Positions 18,636 to 27,418 of a DNA stretch of 64,000 nt are shown here, in pieces. The translations under genes and the position numbers were made by a program. Each line of letters starts with the position of its first letter. The stretch's first letter is position 1. The stretch is from NCBI GenBank assembly GCA_964430265.1, contig CAYSEI010000001.1:254987-318986 (forward strand), written 5' to 3'. Source of the DNA: an uncultured Pseudomonadales bacterium. GTDB lineage: Bacteria; Patescibacteriota; Microgenomatia; UBA1400; CAYXSR01. Under the pieces are notes generated by a model, which worked only from the letters and a program-made list of their open reading frames with translations, searched no databases and was not told the DNA's origin.

Positions 18636-18710
18636 GGTGGCTGTGGCCTAATGGTAAGGCATCTGCTTGTGGAGCAGACGATTGCCGGTTCGATTCCGGT
18701 CAGTCACCCA
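18636..18710 (+). tRNA. tRNA-His(GTG) with genome-encoded G-1
   Basis: Extra 5' G before acceptor gtggctg, anticodon stem tctgc/gcaga, loop ttgtgga, T-loop ttcgatt. The 3' end is ...cagtcaccca. Confidence 0.75.
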
Positions 18711-18745
18711 ATATTGTTAATTATAAAATTTAGTGTTTGAAATCT

Positions 18746-19387
18746 CTAAATTTTTTGAGCAAATGAGTAGATCCATTTTATTTGTTTTCTTCCAGCAGGA
18801 TCTTTATAGTTATCTTTGATAGTTTGAATCGTAAAGCCGTTTTTTTCTAAAAGATTTTCTATTTCGCTTTTTGTAAAGTATTGAAAAAACCTAGCATGAT
18901 TTGATAATTTATCAGAAACAACTGCAGTTTTTTCTTTTCCTAATTTTTGTTTTACAAAAACAAAAATTATCCCTTGTTTTTTTAATACTCTATTAAATTC
19001 CTGTAAAGCTTGTTCTATTGCTTGTGTTGTTTCAAGATGTAAAAGCGAAGCAAGGGCCCAAACTCCATCAAAAGTTTCATTTTCAAAGGGGAGATTTAAA
19101 AAATCAGCAAGTTCAAACTTTACATCTGGACTTTTTTCTCTTGCAACTTTAATTAAGCCTTTAGATATGTCTACACCAATAGGTTTTAACCCCATTTTCT
19201 TAAATATTGCACAATCTCTACCTGCAGCACAGCCAGCATCCAGAACTCTTGCACCTTGATGCAATTTTTGTGTGAATTTTTTAATTAAATCCAAATTAGG
19301 AAGATTTTCAATATTTTGTGCGTATTTTTTAGCATTTGCATCATACCAGTTGATAGTGTCTTGAAATCCTGTTATTACTTGATTCAT
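18746..19387 (-). CDS. class I SAM-dependent methyltransferase
   Basis: Motif I VLDAGCAAGRD, then an acidic post-I residue in IGVDIS. Methyltransferase-11-like. Confidence 0.7.
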   Translation of the reverse strand: MNQVITGFQDTINWYDANAKKYAQNIENLPNLDLIKKFTQKLHQGARVLDAGCAAGRDCAIFKKMGLKPIGVDISKGLIKVAREKSPDVKFELADFLNLPFENETFDGVWALASLLHLETTQAIEQALQEFNRVLKKQGIIFVFVKQKLGKEKTAVVSDKLSNHARFFQYFTKSEIENLLEKNGFTIQTIKDNYKDPAGRKQIKWIYSFAQKI

Positions 19388-19433
19388 TAATTAATTTAGT
19401 ATATCATATTTTTAAATTTTTATAGGTGTATAT

Positions 19434-20012
19434 ATGAGAACAATATTTAAGAAAATATGGGAACTTGCATACCCTTATCAAGATATACGTGATGACCAAG
19501 GACATGCAAGAACTGTAACTAATATGGCATATAAGCTTTTAGATAAAGAAACAGCTGATGAAGATGTTGTTATTCCAGCTGCTATTTTACACGATGTTGG
19601 ATGGAGTCAGGTTGCAAAAGAAAAATGGCAAAAGATTATTAAAGGGTTAACAAAAAAAGAGGAAAAGGAATTAAGAAGAGAACATGAGTTAAAAGGAGTG
19701 AAATTAGCTAAATTTTTTTTGCAAACTGTTAATTATCCAAAGGATAAAATTAAGGAAATTCTTCAAATTATCTCTAAACATGATACTAGAGAAATTTTTA
19801 TATCTAAGAATGAAGGCATAGTTAGAGACGCAGATAAACTTTGGAGATTTTTACCCAAAGCGTTTTACTTAGATGCTCGACGTTATAACATGACACTTTT
19901 TGAAAGATATAGTAAGTTAAAAAAAGATATAAGTAGACCTGGTTTCTTTTACTCGAAATCTGCAAGAGAAATTGCAAGAAAAGAATTAGAAGAAAGAAAA
20001 AAAGAAATCTAG
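19434..20012 (+). CDS. HD-domain phosphohydrolase
   Basis: H…HD motif (AAILHDVGW) with the downstream His/Asp pattern. Confidence 0.65.
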   Translation: MRTIFKKIWELAYPYQDIRDDQGHARTVTNMAYKLLDKETADEDVVIPAAILHDVGWSQVAKEKWQKIIKGLTKKEEKELRREHELKGVKLAKFFLQTVNYPKDKIKEILQIISKHDTREIFISKNEGIVRDADKLWRFLPKAFYLDARRYNMTLFERYSKLKKDISRPGFFYSKSAREIARKELEERKKEI

Positions 20013-20301
20013 TAATTTTTATTTTACTGTTTATTTAAAAACAATAAATTTTGTAAATTTTACTTTGTTAATTTCAAACAATTTTTTAATGAATTTAAAT
20101 TTACATATTAATTTTTGTAAGCAGTTTTTTGTTAAGATATCGTCTTTTGAATAATGTTAGCTGAAACAAATATTATTTTCTGATTTAAAATTTTCAAGAC
20201 TAGGAAGATAACAGGTAAAAAACTAACCCCAGAAATTTTCAATCAGAAATCTGGACCAAATAATAGTATTATTCTCTGTGCATAAATTAGATATTTTTTA
20301 T

Positions 20302-20330
20302 TTGCTTTAAAAATACAATTAAGTTAAAAT
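20302..20330 (+). promoter_or_regulatory. sigma70-like promoter candidate, TTGCTT-N17-TAAAAT
   Basis: -35-like ttgctt at 20302-20307, a 17-nt spacer and -10-like taaaat at 20325-20330. It lies about 30 nt upstream of the 20361 ATG. AT-rich background raises the chance-match rate. Confidence 0.25.
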
Positions 20331-20360
20331 TACCCATAAATATCAAATTAATTTAAATAA

Positions 20361-20606
20361 ATGATAGAAATACTCCCTTGCCGTTTCAGAGATGAAGTTG
20401 ATAATGACAGAGTCCCCTTAATTATTGTAGATGATGAACCGGATTTTCAATATTGTCTGGAACTGACTGATAGAACTACCCTGGCAAGCTTAGTGGTAAC
20501 TGCAATTGATGCACGGTCTTGTAGCACTATACGGCAAGAAGGTTTATGTTTGCGGGGTTTGGACTTAGAAATTGAAAATGGCTTAAGGATTTCAAACAAC
20601 CGATGA
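20361..20606 (+). CDS. hypothetical protein (81 aa), first gene of a GC-richer cassette
   Basis: ATG ORF. Its stop TGA overlaps the next ATG (cgATGAagg). No recognisable domain. Confidence 0.4.
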   Translation: MIEILPCRFRDEVDNDRVPLIIVDDEPDFQYCLELTDRTTLASLVVTAIDARSCSTIRQEGLCLRGLDLEIENGLRISNNR

Positions 20607-21089
20607 AGGAACAAATGCAACCAACTCAGTTTGTTGAGCATCTTTTAAGCTACATTAGAGGAAAAAAAAGATGCAGATATTGATTGGGAAAAGATTGACA
20701 CGGAAATTCAGGAAATAACAAGATTTCATCCTGAAGAGACCGCTTTGGAACTGCTTGATTGTTTGGAAGACAACCAGGATGAAAACGAAAGGGACTTAAT
20801 TGCAACCGCTCTGTTTAAGATTAAACCGACAGACGAATCCATAAAGGAAAAGATATTTGTTTCTATGTTTGACCAGACAGTATCGGATGATTCACCATAT
20901 GCAGCTGCTAGGGCTGCCCGCCATATGATAAGGGTTGTAAAAGATGCTGACAAGAATGGAATCACAAAACAATACTGGGCGGAAAAAGCATTGGAGGAAT
21001 TCAGAGAAAGAGCAAAAGCAGAAAATTGGGTTGATGATCTTATTAATGAGAAGGTTCCCGATATGAAGGAGTTTTTTAAAGATGTATAA
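20603..21089 (+). pseudogene. hypothetical protein interrupted by a frameshift at an A8 run
   Basis: The ATG at 20603 opens 26 codons ending TGA at 20681-20683. Seven rather than eight A at 20662-20669 would make that frame continuous with the 114-aa ORF ending 21089. The fused product would be about 162 aa. Confidence 0.4.
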
Positions 21090-21288
21090 CGAAAAACTGT
21101 GCTATTGGCAAAAAATACCTACTGGAAGATGCAGTCATCCAGAAAGTAGGACTCTTGCAGATTTTAATCCGGATACACAGAGTTTTTTGTGTCCTAATAT
21201 GGGAGACCCTCAAAGACAAGAAAAATGTAAAAAATATGAGAATAAAGGTTCTGTTATAAAAATAGGTGATCAAGCTTTAATTGGTTGA
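21082..21288 (+). CDS. small 4-Cys hypothetical protein (68 aa)
   Basis: The ATG overlaps the upstream stop (gATGTATAAcg). Cysteines at positions 7, 17, 37 and 49. Confidence 0.4.
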   Translation: MYNEKLCYWQKIPTGRCSHPESRTLADFNPDTQSFLCPNMGDPQRQEKCKKYENKGSVIKIGDQALIG

Positions 21289-21342
21289 AATTATACAAAT
21301 CGAGATTTTGAAAAACTTTTGTTATAATATATAAGTTGTTAA

Positions 21343-21416
21343 GCGTCTGTAGCTCAACTGGATAGAGCGTCTGTCTTCGGAACAGAAGGTTGGGGGTTCG
21401 ACTCCTCCCAGACGCA
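21343..21416 (+). tRNA. tRNA-Arg(TCG)
   Basis: Acceptor gcgtctg/cagacgc, anticodon stem tctgt/acaga, loop cttcgga, T-loop ttcgact. Confidence 0.8.
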
Positions 21417-21425
21417 CGCAAAAAT

Positions 21426-21635
21426 ATGATATTAAAAATAATACAGATAATAACCAGTATTACAGTGATTGTCTTAATAGCCTTTCAGGCTCAAGGTGGA
21501 GGTTTAGGAAGTGCTTGGGGTGGCGGAGAAATGTATTCCTCTAAAAGAGGTGTAGAACGATTTTTATTTATAGTAACCATTGTAGCTGCTGCAGTATTTG
21601 TTTTATCTTCCCTGGTCAGTTTTTTAGTGCAGTAA
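21426..21635 (+). CDS. secG: preprotein translocase subunit SecG
   Basis: About 70 aa with two TM helices and the Gly-rich SecG motif QAQGGGLGSAWGGG. The ORF was trimmed to the first Met after the tRNA. Confidence 0.7.
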   Translation: MILKIIQIITSITVIVLIAFQAQGGGLGSAWGGGEMYSSKRGVERFLFIVTIVAAAVFVLSSLVSFLVQ

Positions 21636-21636
21636 T

Positions 21637-22962
21637 ATGTCAGCATTTAAAAAAATTAGGTCCTATTTTTGGTTGATTGAAGGTCTTGTTGAAAAGCACA
21701 AGAAAATTATTATTATTGGGATAATTATTGGTGTTGCCGGAGCCTTTTTAATTCCTAGACTTTTAAAACAACTTCCACAAATGACACAGCATGAAAGAAT
21801 TGGTAGGGTCGGAATTTATGATCCTGATCAGTTACCAGACGATATTTTAAAACAACTGGGTTCCGGTCTAACTATGATTGGAGAAGATAAACAGCCTATT
21901 TCATCATTGGCTAAAAAGTGGACAGTTTCTGACGATGGTAAAGAATATTTATTCATTCTTAAAGATAATATTTTTTGGAGTGACGGTCAACCGATTACCG
22001 CAGACGAAATAGATTATCAGTTCCAGAACGTAGAGAAAAGAGTTTTGGACGACAAGACAATAAAATTTATCTTAAAGGAACCTTTTGCTCCCTTCCCTAT
22101 TGCTTTGAGTGAACCAATATTTAAAGAAGGTTTAGTTGGTTCCGGTCCTTATATGCTGGATAAAATCAATAAACAGTCAGGAACCGTAGAAAAAATGGTA
22201 ATCAGTAAACCGGGAGAGAAAATTACTTACCGTTTTTATTCAAATACTGATACTATTAAAAAAGCATTTAAGCTGGGAGAAATAGATATAATACAGGGAT
22301 TGTTAAGCAACCCATTTGAAGAAGAATGGCAGGAAAATATTATGGTGGAAGAGAAAATAAGTAAAGATGAATTTATTGCTGTTTTTTATAATACTGACAA
22401 CCCCAAATTACAAGACAAAAATTTCCGCCAGTCTTTAACCTATTCTATTCCAAATAAACCCGAGGGGGAAAAAAGGGCTTTAGGCCCTGTCAGTCCCAAT
22501 TCCTGGGCTTATAATGAAAATGTTAAGGAATATAAATATGATCCGGAGCATGCTTTAAGTTTGTTGGAAGGAGAAACTGAAAATAAAACGCAGTTAACAA
22601 TTCATACGTCACAACTTTTTCTGTTAATGGCAGAAGAAATTAAAAGAGCCTGGGAAGAAAATTTACCGGTTGAGGTACAAATAGAAATAGTTAATACGAT
22701 TCCGGGTGATTATGAAATATTCTTAGGTCTACAACAGATTCCTCCTGATCCGGATCAGTATGTTTTTTGGCACTCAACCCGCGCCGAAAATATTACCAAT
22801 TTTAAAAGCCCTAAAGTTGATAAGCTTTTGGAGGATGCACGCAGAACTATTGACTTACAGAAAAGAAAGGAAAGCTACTTTGAGTTCCAAAAAGTAATCT
22901 TGGAAGAAAGTCCGGCTGCTTTTATATCTCATCCCCTACAGTATACGATTAAGCGTGTTTAA
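21637..22962 (+). CDS. membrane-anchored solute-binding protein, family 5-like
   Basis: N-terminal TM anchor. The C-terminal region resembles SBP_bac_5 (…SPKVDKLLEDARRTIDLQKRKESYFEFQKVILEESPAAF…). No permease or ATPase is nearby. Confidence 0.45.
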   Translation: MSAFKKIRSYFWLIEGLVEKHKKIIIIGIIIGVAGAFLIPRLLKQLPQMTQHERIGRVGIYDPDQLPDDILKQLGSGLTMIGEDKQPISSLAKKWTVSDDGKEYLFILKDNIFWSDGQPITADEIDYQFQNVEKRVLDDKTIKFILKEPFAPFPIALSEPIFKEGLVGSGPYMLDKINKQSGTVEKMVISKPGEKITYRFYSNTDTIKKAFKLGEIDIIQGLLSNPFEEEWQENIMVEEKISKDEFIAVFYNTDNPKLQDKNFRQSLTYSIPNKPEGEKRALGPVSPNSWAYNENVKEYKYDPEHALSLLEGETENKTQLTIHTSQLFLLMAEEIKRAWEENLPVEVQIEIVNTIPGDYEIFLGLQQIPPDPDQYVFWHSTRAENITNFKSPKVDKLLEDARRTIDLQKRKESYFEFQKVILEESPAAFISHPLQYTIKRV

Positions 22963-23315
22963 TCAATAAGCCAATTAATTATTTCCACGCAAATATTAAT
23001 AAAAAAAGAAGTTAGTATTAGTGAAAAAAAGTAAGATACTGAAAAAGAAGAAATACTGAGATCTCCATATATAATGCCGGGAAACTGAAAATTCTGTACT
23101 GATACATAAGGGGATAATATAGTTAATATATATATAACCCCGACATTAATTATCCAGCGGAAAAACCCCAAGGTTAAAATATTCAGCGGTAAAAAAAGAA
23201 TTTTTAATAATGGTTTAATAATAATATTCAAAACAAAAAGAACAAGTGCGGTAATAATCCATTCTATAGGACCGCCTTTAAGAACCAATCCGGGAAACCA
23301 AGCATTGGTTATCAA
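22959..23315 (-). CDS. holin-X / YvlD-like 4-TM membrane protein (PF04020-like)
   Basis: 118 aa with 3-4 TM segments. The pattern GGPIEWIITALVLFVLNIIIKPLLKILFLPLNILTLGFFRWIINVGVIYILT matches the phage_holin_4_2/YvlD consensus. Confidence 0.5.
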   Translation of the reverse strand: MITNAWFPGLVLKGGPIEWIITALVLFVLNIIIKPLLKILFLPLNILTLGFFRWIINVGVIYILTILSPYVSVQNFQFPGIIYGDLSISSFSVSYFFSLILTSFFINICVEIINWLID

Positions 23316-23347
23316 AAGAGCAGCAAGAAATATGAGTGTTTTTCTAA

Positions 23348-25174
23348 TTATTTTTTTGATTTTGATCCTTTTAATTTCTTAATTAATATTATCAAAGCAA
23401 CTAAAAAAATAAATCCAGCACCAATATATGGTAAATACTGAGGCAAAAATGGAGAACGAATTAATACAGATGTCTGACCGATTTTTTCTTTATATTGATA
23501 ATTTATATTTTTTAACCCGTCTTCCCAAAGTGAAGTCTTATTTAAAGTTATCCTCTTATTAAACCTTGCATATGGAGGCAGAAAACCTACTGGGATTTTA
23601 GTTTGCGAAATATTTAAATCCCTAGAAGAATATGTAAAAACTTCGTCAGGTAAACTGGTATTTCCGGTGTTTACGATCTCAATATTTCCGTAAACAGGTA
23701 ATCCAGCTAAGTTTCTTTCAGGAAGGTTAATCTTAATTGTATAATCTTCTCTTGGACTTATATTACTACCAAACTTTATTCTGACTTTTTTACCTTCGTT
23801 TGTGTTTCTGTATGAGCCGGCAGGCAGCGGAAACTCACTGTCACTGCCGTGGATGACAAAAGTAAAATGGTTATAATCCAGTTTATCAAAAAAATCGACG
23901 CCCCCGGTTGTATTACCCCATGTAGGGTCAATAGGAATCCATTGTTGGCTTTCCTGGTCATAATATTCCGGCCAGGAATGCAAAATATCCTGTTCTAAGC
24001 TTAGCGGTCTTAGTTTGGGATTGTTGGTATATGCATACCCGTTAAGTTCGCGAGCAGGAATACCAGATGCTCTGGCTATAGTAATAAAAAGGTCAGTAAA
24101 TTCCATACATAAAAGTGAGTCTTTATTCGCGAGTGCCTTTTCTGCTCCCATTCTTTGTGAATTTGTCTCTACTCTACCATAGTCGTATAAAAAATTTTCC
24201 ACCAGAAAATTATAAATTTTTCTGGGAGTATCCAATTGTTCAGCTAATTCAACAATTTTAGGATCGTTTACTGGCCAGTATTTGTCCTCTTTCAAATAAG
24301 CTGATAAATCATTGTTTTGTAAACTATATTGACTTTGGGAACTAATAAAAATTTGTGCATTACCTTTAACCAAGACTTCAATTTTTTCTTTTGGTTCAAG
24401 GACAAAGCTGGCAATCCAGTTTCCGTCTTGATCAATTTCTACGTCCTCAGGTTTGGGATTGATGCTGTTGTAATATACTTTTTGACGATTAGTATTAGGA
24501 GGCAGCGCAACTTTTGTTTTAGATTTTAAAGAATTGGGATTTTCTAAAAGATATGAAAGCTCAAAGTCAAAAATTTGTGGACCTCCAAAAGCAGCGGAAA
24601 TGCCTTTTTCCGAATTTTTTTGGCTAAAATAATAAATGCGGGAATCTTCTGTTATAAGTGACCTTTTTGGTTCGGGGGTGATAAAAGCAGGTTCGCCGTA
24701 TTTTAAAGGAACCTTTAGTTCGGAATTGTAATTGTTTAAATCAGCTTTATGATCAATTTGTGGAACAGTTATTTCCAAAATTTTTCCGTTTAAGTTTGCA
24801 AAATCTTCTGTAATGTATTCTAAAGTAAAGGTTAAAGACTCGTTCAAACCGATTACGGGATTATTAAAAGGAATTGTTATATTAGTTTCATTTTCATTTT
24901 TGTGGATTTTGGGAAACAATTCAGCTTCAGCAGTATAAGCTCGAATATTTGAAATTTGGGTTGCGCCTATGCTGATTAAATATTCTTTGGCATATATATT
25001 GGAATGTTTGTTTGTTAAAGAAACTTGCTGCAAAACTTTTAGCTTATTATTCTCTGTAACCTGATATATGATATTGTAAGAAGTTTTAAAATCTGATTCA
25101 GCAAATACAAGCTTTGTTGTAGAAAAAAATAATCCTAAAGTGAATATTATGGTGAGCAGGGTTTTTTTCATCAT
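23348..25174 (-). CDS. secreted transglutaminase-like cysteine protease-fold protein with C-terminal TM anchor
   Basis: Signal peptide. Transglutaminase-core Cys context DSLLCMEFTDLFITIARASGIPARELNGYAY with downstream His/Asp. C-terminal hydrophobic anchor then KKLKGSKSKK. Confidence 0.7.
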   Translation of the reverse strand: MMKKTLLTIIFTLGLFFSTTKLVFAESDFKTSYNIIYQVTENNKLKVLQQVSLTNKHSNIYAKEYLISIGATQISNIRAYTAEAELFPKIHKNENETNITIPFNNPVIGLNESLTFTLEYITEDFANLNGKILEITVPQIDHKADLNNYNSELKVPLKYGEPAFITPEPKRSLITEDSRIYYFSQKNSEKGISAAFGGPQIFDFELSYLLENPNSLKSKTKVALPPNTNRQKVYYNSINPKPEDVEIDQDGNWIASFVLEPKEKIEVLVKGNAQIFISSQSQYSLQNNDLSAYLKEDKYWPVNDPKIVELAEQLDTPRKIYNFLVENFLYDYGRVETNSQRMGAEKALANKDSLLCMEFTDLFITIARASGIPARELNGYAYTNNPKLRPLSLEQDILHSWPEYYDQESQQWIPIDPTWGNTTGGVDFFDKLDYNHFTFVIHGSDSEFPLPAGSYRNTNEGKKVRIKFGSNISPREDYTIKINLPERNLAGLPVYGNIEIVNTGNTSLPDEVFTYSSRDLNISQTKIPVGFLPPYARFNKRITLNKTSLWEDGLKNINYQYKEKIGQTSVLIRSPFLPQYLPYIGAGFIFLVALIILIKKLKGSKSKK

Positions 25175-25250
25175 TTCAATTGTATCAATTTTTTCAAATA
25201 TTTTTTATTCCAGCTTGACTTTTCGGGTTTTATTTGGCAAATTTAAATTA

Positions 25251-25862
25251 ATGACAGTTACATTATACAAAAGACAAAGACAAGTACTTGATTTTATTGT
25301 TCAATATATTCAGAAAAACGGATATTCTCCTACTCTTAGGGATATAGCTGACGCTATGGGCTTAAGTGCTGTTTCAACAGTACATGAGCATATAGTTGCT
25401 TTGGAAGAAAAAGGAGTTTTAAAAAGGCATCATGATGAACGCCGGGGGTTTGAAATAACTGATGAAAATATTGCTACTTTACACAGGGCTGTTAAAATTC
25501 CCATTTTGGGGAAGTTCCAGTTAAATAAACCAATACAACCGGTTAAGGAAAATCAGTCACTTCATATTCCTAATAGGATGATTGATGGAGAAGAACGTTC
25601 TTATGCTTTAAAAGTTGATGATAACCAATTAAGAGAAGAGGGAATTCTTAAAAATGATTTTGTGGTTATTGAAGAAGAACAGGAACTTGAAGACGGACAG
25701 CCCGGAGTATTAATTTTGGAAAACGGAGGCGCAGTGCTTAAAAAATTTTATCAGGAAGCCACGCGGATCAGATTGGAACCCTTATACAGTAACAAAAGGT
25801 CTGAGTTTGTAAATCAAGTGCAAATACAAGGTAAAATTGCAGGAGTTATCCGAACTTTTTAA
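25251..25862 (+). CDS. LexA-like repressor with non-canonical S24 domain
   Basis: The N-terminal LexA DNA-binding domain is recognisable (RQRQVLDFIVQYIQKNGYSPTLRDIADAMGLS…VHEHIVALEEKGVLKR). The C-terminal S24-like fold has Gln where the catalytic Ser is expected (LKVDDNQL) and no Ala-Gly cleavage site. The Lys is retained. Confidence 0.65.
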   Translation: MTVTLYKRQRQVLDFIVQYIQKNGYSPTLRDIADAMGLSAVSTVHEHIVALEEKGVLKRHHDERRGFEITDENIATLHRAVKIPILGKFQLNKPIQPVKENQSLHIPNRMIDGEERSYALKVDDNQLREEGILKNDFVVIEEEQELEDGQPGVLILENGGAVLKKFYQEATRIRLEPLYSNKRSEFVNQVQIQGKIAGVIRTF

Positions 25863-26524
25863 GCATTTTTACGTAGATTTTCCAGCCACTTTTCTCTTTT
25901 AAAATAAGCAAATAAAAGGACAGCTCCGCTGATTACGACCAAGGCAATACTGACAATCATCTCCCAACGATCAAGTCCCTCGGATACAGCAAATAATGCT
26001 TCCCCGCTCTGCCAGCCTATCCAACCCAATAGCATTCCTCTGACAATCAAGCCTAAAGCAGAAAATAAATAATAGCTGACCGGTTTTATTCTTAGGGCTC
26101 CGCAAGCTGCGGAAAAAAGAACAGAAGGAATCACCGGAATAGCTCTGGAAACAAAAATAACAACTTCATCCCAGAAATTGCCCTTAAAATATTTTTCTTT
26201 AATAATTTCAACGTCTTCCCATCTAATTTCCAGCCAACGGCTAAATTTATTAATTAAATATTTTCCTCCAAACCAAGAAGCAATATAAATAATAGTTGAA
26301 CCAATAGTAGAACCTATTGCAAACGGCAAAGCTGCTTTAAAAAAAATATTTCTTGTTAGTAAACCAAAACTTTGAATATTTTGCGGAACAAAAAAGAAAC
26401 CTGCTGCCATAGGAATTATTGGTGAAGGAATAGGAACAATTACTTGTTCTATTAGACCTCCCAGAATCACGCTAATGTAACCGTTTTGCTTAATTGAAGT
26501 AATAATCAGTTGTGTAAAATTCAT
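25859..26524 (-). CDS. DedA/VTT-family membrane protein
   Basis: Multi-TM with the DedA signature (…GGLIEQVIVPIPSPIIPMAAGFF…). Confidence 0.7.
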   Translation of the reverse strand: MNFTQLIITSIKQNGYISVILGGLIEQVIVPIPSPIIPMAAGFFFVPQNIQSFGLLTRNIFFKAALPFAIGSTIGSTIIYIASWFGGKYLINKFSRWLEIRWEDVEIIKEKYFKGNFWDEVVIFVSRAIPVIPSVLFSAACGALRIKPVSYYLFSALGLIVRGMLLGWIGWQSGEALFAVSEGLDRWEMIVSIALVVISGAVLLFAYFKREKWLENLRKNA

Positions 26525-26578
26525 AATATTAAAATAAGCTAGATAAATAATTTAATAAAATATGGAATATAGTATATG

Positions 26579-27418
26579 TTAAATAAATTCTTGAATCAAA
26601 TGATTTATATTTATGTTTTGGATATCATGGTCAATCAGCTTTTTATCATTTAATTGTTTTAGCTTTTCCGGGTAGCTTTGTCTTTCTTCTTTATAAAATA
26701 TTCCGATAGGTAGTTTTTCCGGCTGTTCTTTTGCTAAAGCTAAAGCTTTTTTATAAGGATATCCTTCTTGTTCAAGCTCATATACTCTTTCTTGGTACCA
26801 ATTTATTGGCTGTTCCCTATTAAAAGTAATACAAGGTTGTAGTACGTCAACCAAAGCAAAGCCTTTGTGTGTCATTGCTTTGACAAGTAAATCAGTTAAG
26901 TGATTAATGTTATTTGCAAAACCGCGGGAAACAAAAGAACAGTGATTAACTATTGCATTTTCCAAAGGATTAAATTCCTTTATCAATGCACCTTCAGGTG
27001 TTGATTTTGTTTTTCTGTTTTTGTAAGTAGTGGGAGACATTTGTCCTGTTGTTAAAGAATAAAGTTGGTTATTGGTTACAAGCATAGTTAAGTTGTAATT
27101 TGCTCGGCAAGCGCTGATGAAATGATTAAGTCCTTCGCCATATGCTCCTCCGTCACCAATAATTGCCAGTATTGGAATTTCATGGTTAGCTAAAGATGCT
27201 CCTGCCGCTGGAGGAACTCCTCTACCGTGTAATCCATGAAATGCATAAGTTTTCATAAAATCGGCCCAATTTGAAGAACAACCAACATCATAAAAGGCTG
27301 CTATTTGATCGGGTGCTAACTGCATTTTTTCAAAAGCTTTTTTAAGTGCACCCATAATTGCAAAGTTTCCGCATCCGGGACACCAAGTTGGTTTTATTTT
27401 AGTATCAAATTGATTCAT
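26579..27418 (-). CDS. 2-oxoacid:ferredoxin oxidoreductase, beta (TPP-binding) subunit
   Basis: N-terminal WCPGCGNF and the TPP-binding motif IGDGG…NN…Y. Confidence 0.8.
   Translation of the reverse strand: MNQFDTKIKPTWCPGCGNFAIMGALKKAFEKMQLAPDQIAAFYDVGCSSNWADFMKTYAFHGLHGRGVPPAAGASLANHEIPILAIIGDGGAYGEGLNHFISACRANYNLTMLVTNNQLYSLTTGQMSPTTYKNRKTKSTPEGALIKEFNPLENAIVNHCSFVSRGFANNINHLTDLLVKAMTHKGFALVDVLQPCITFNREQPINWYQERVYELEQEGYPYKKALALAKEQPEKLPIGIFYKEERQSYPEKLKQLNDKKLIDHDIQNININHLIQEFI

Noticed and set aside
20447-20965. Minus-strand ORFs 20447-20641 and 20726-20965 inside the atypical cassette
   Set aside because: They are antisense to the overlapping, translationally coupled plus-strand ORFs. 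They have no start/stop coupling or motif support.
21390-21425. N-terminal extension of the secG ORF
   Set aside because: It overlaps the 3' half of tRNA-Arg(TCG). SecG was started at the first Met after the tRNA (21426).
25140-25250. N-terminal extension of the LexA-like ORF
   Set aside because: It overlaps the start of the divergent transglutaminase-like gene. The LexA DNA-binding domain begins at MTVTLYKRQ (25251).
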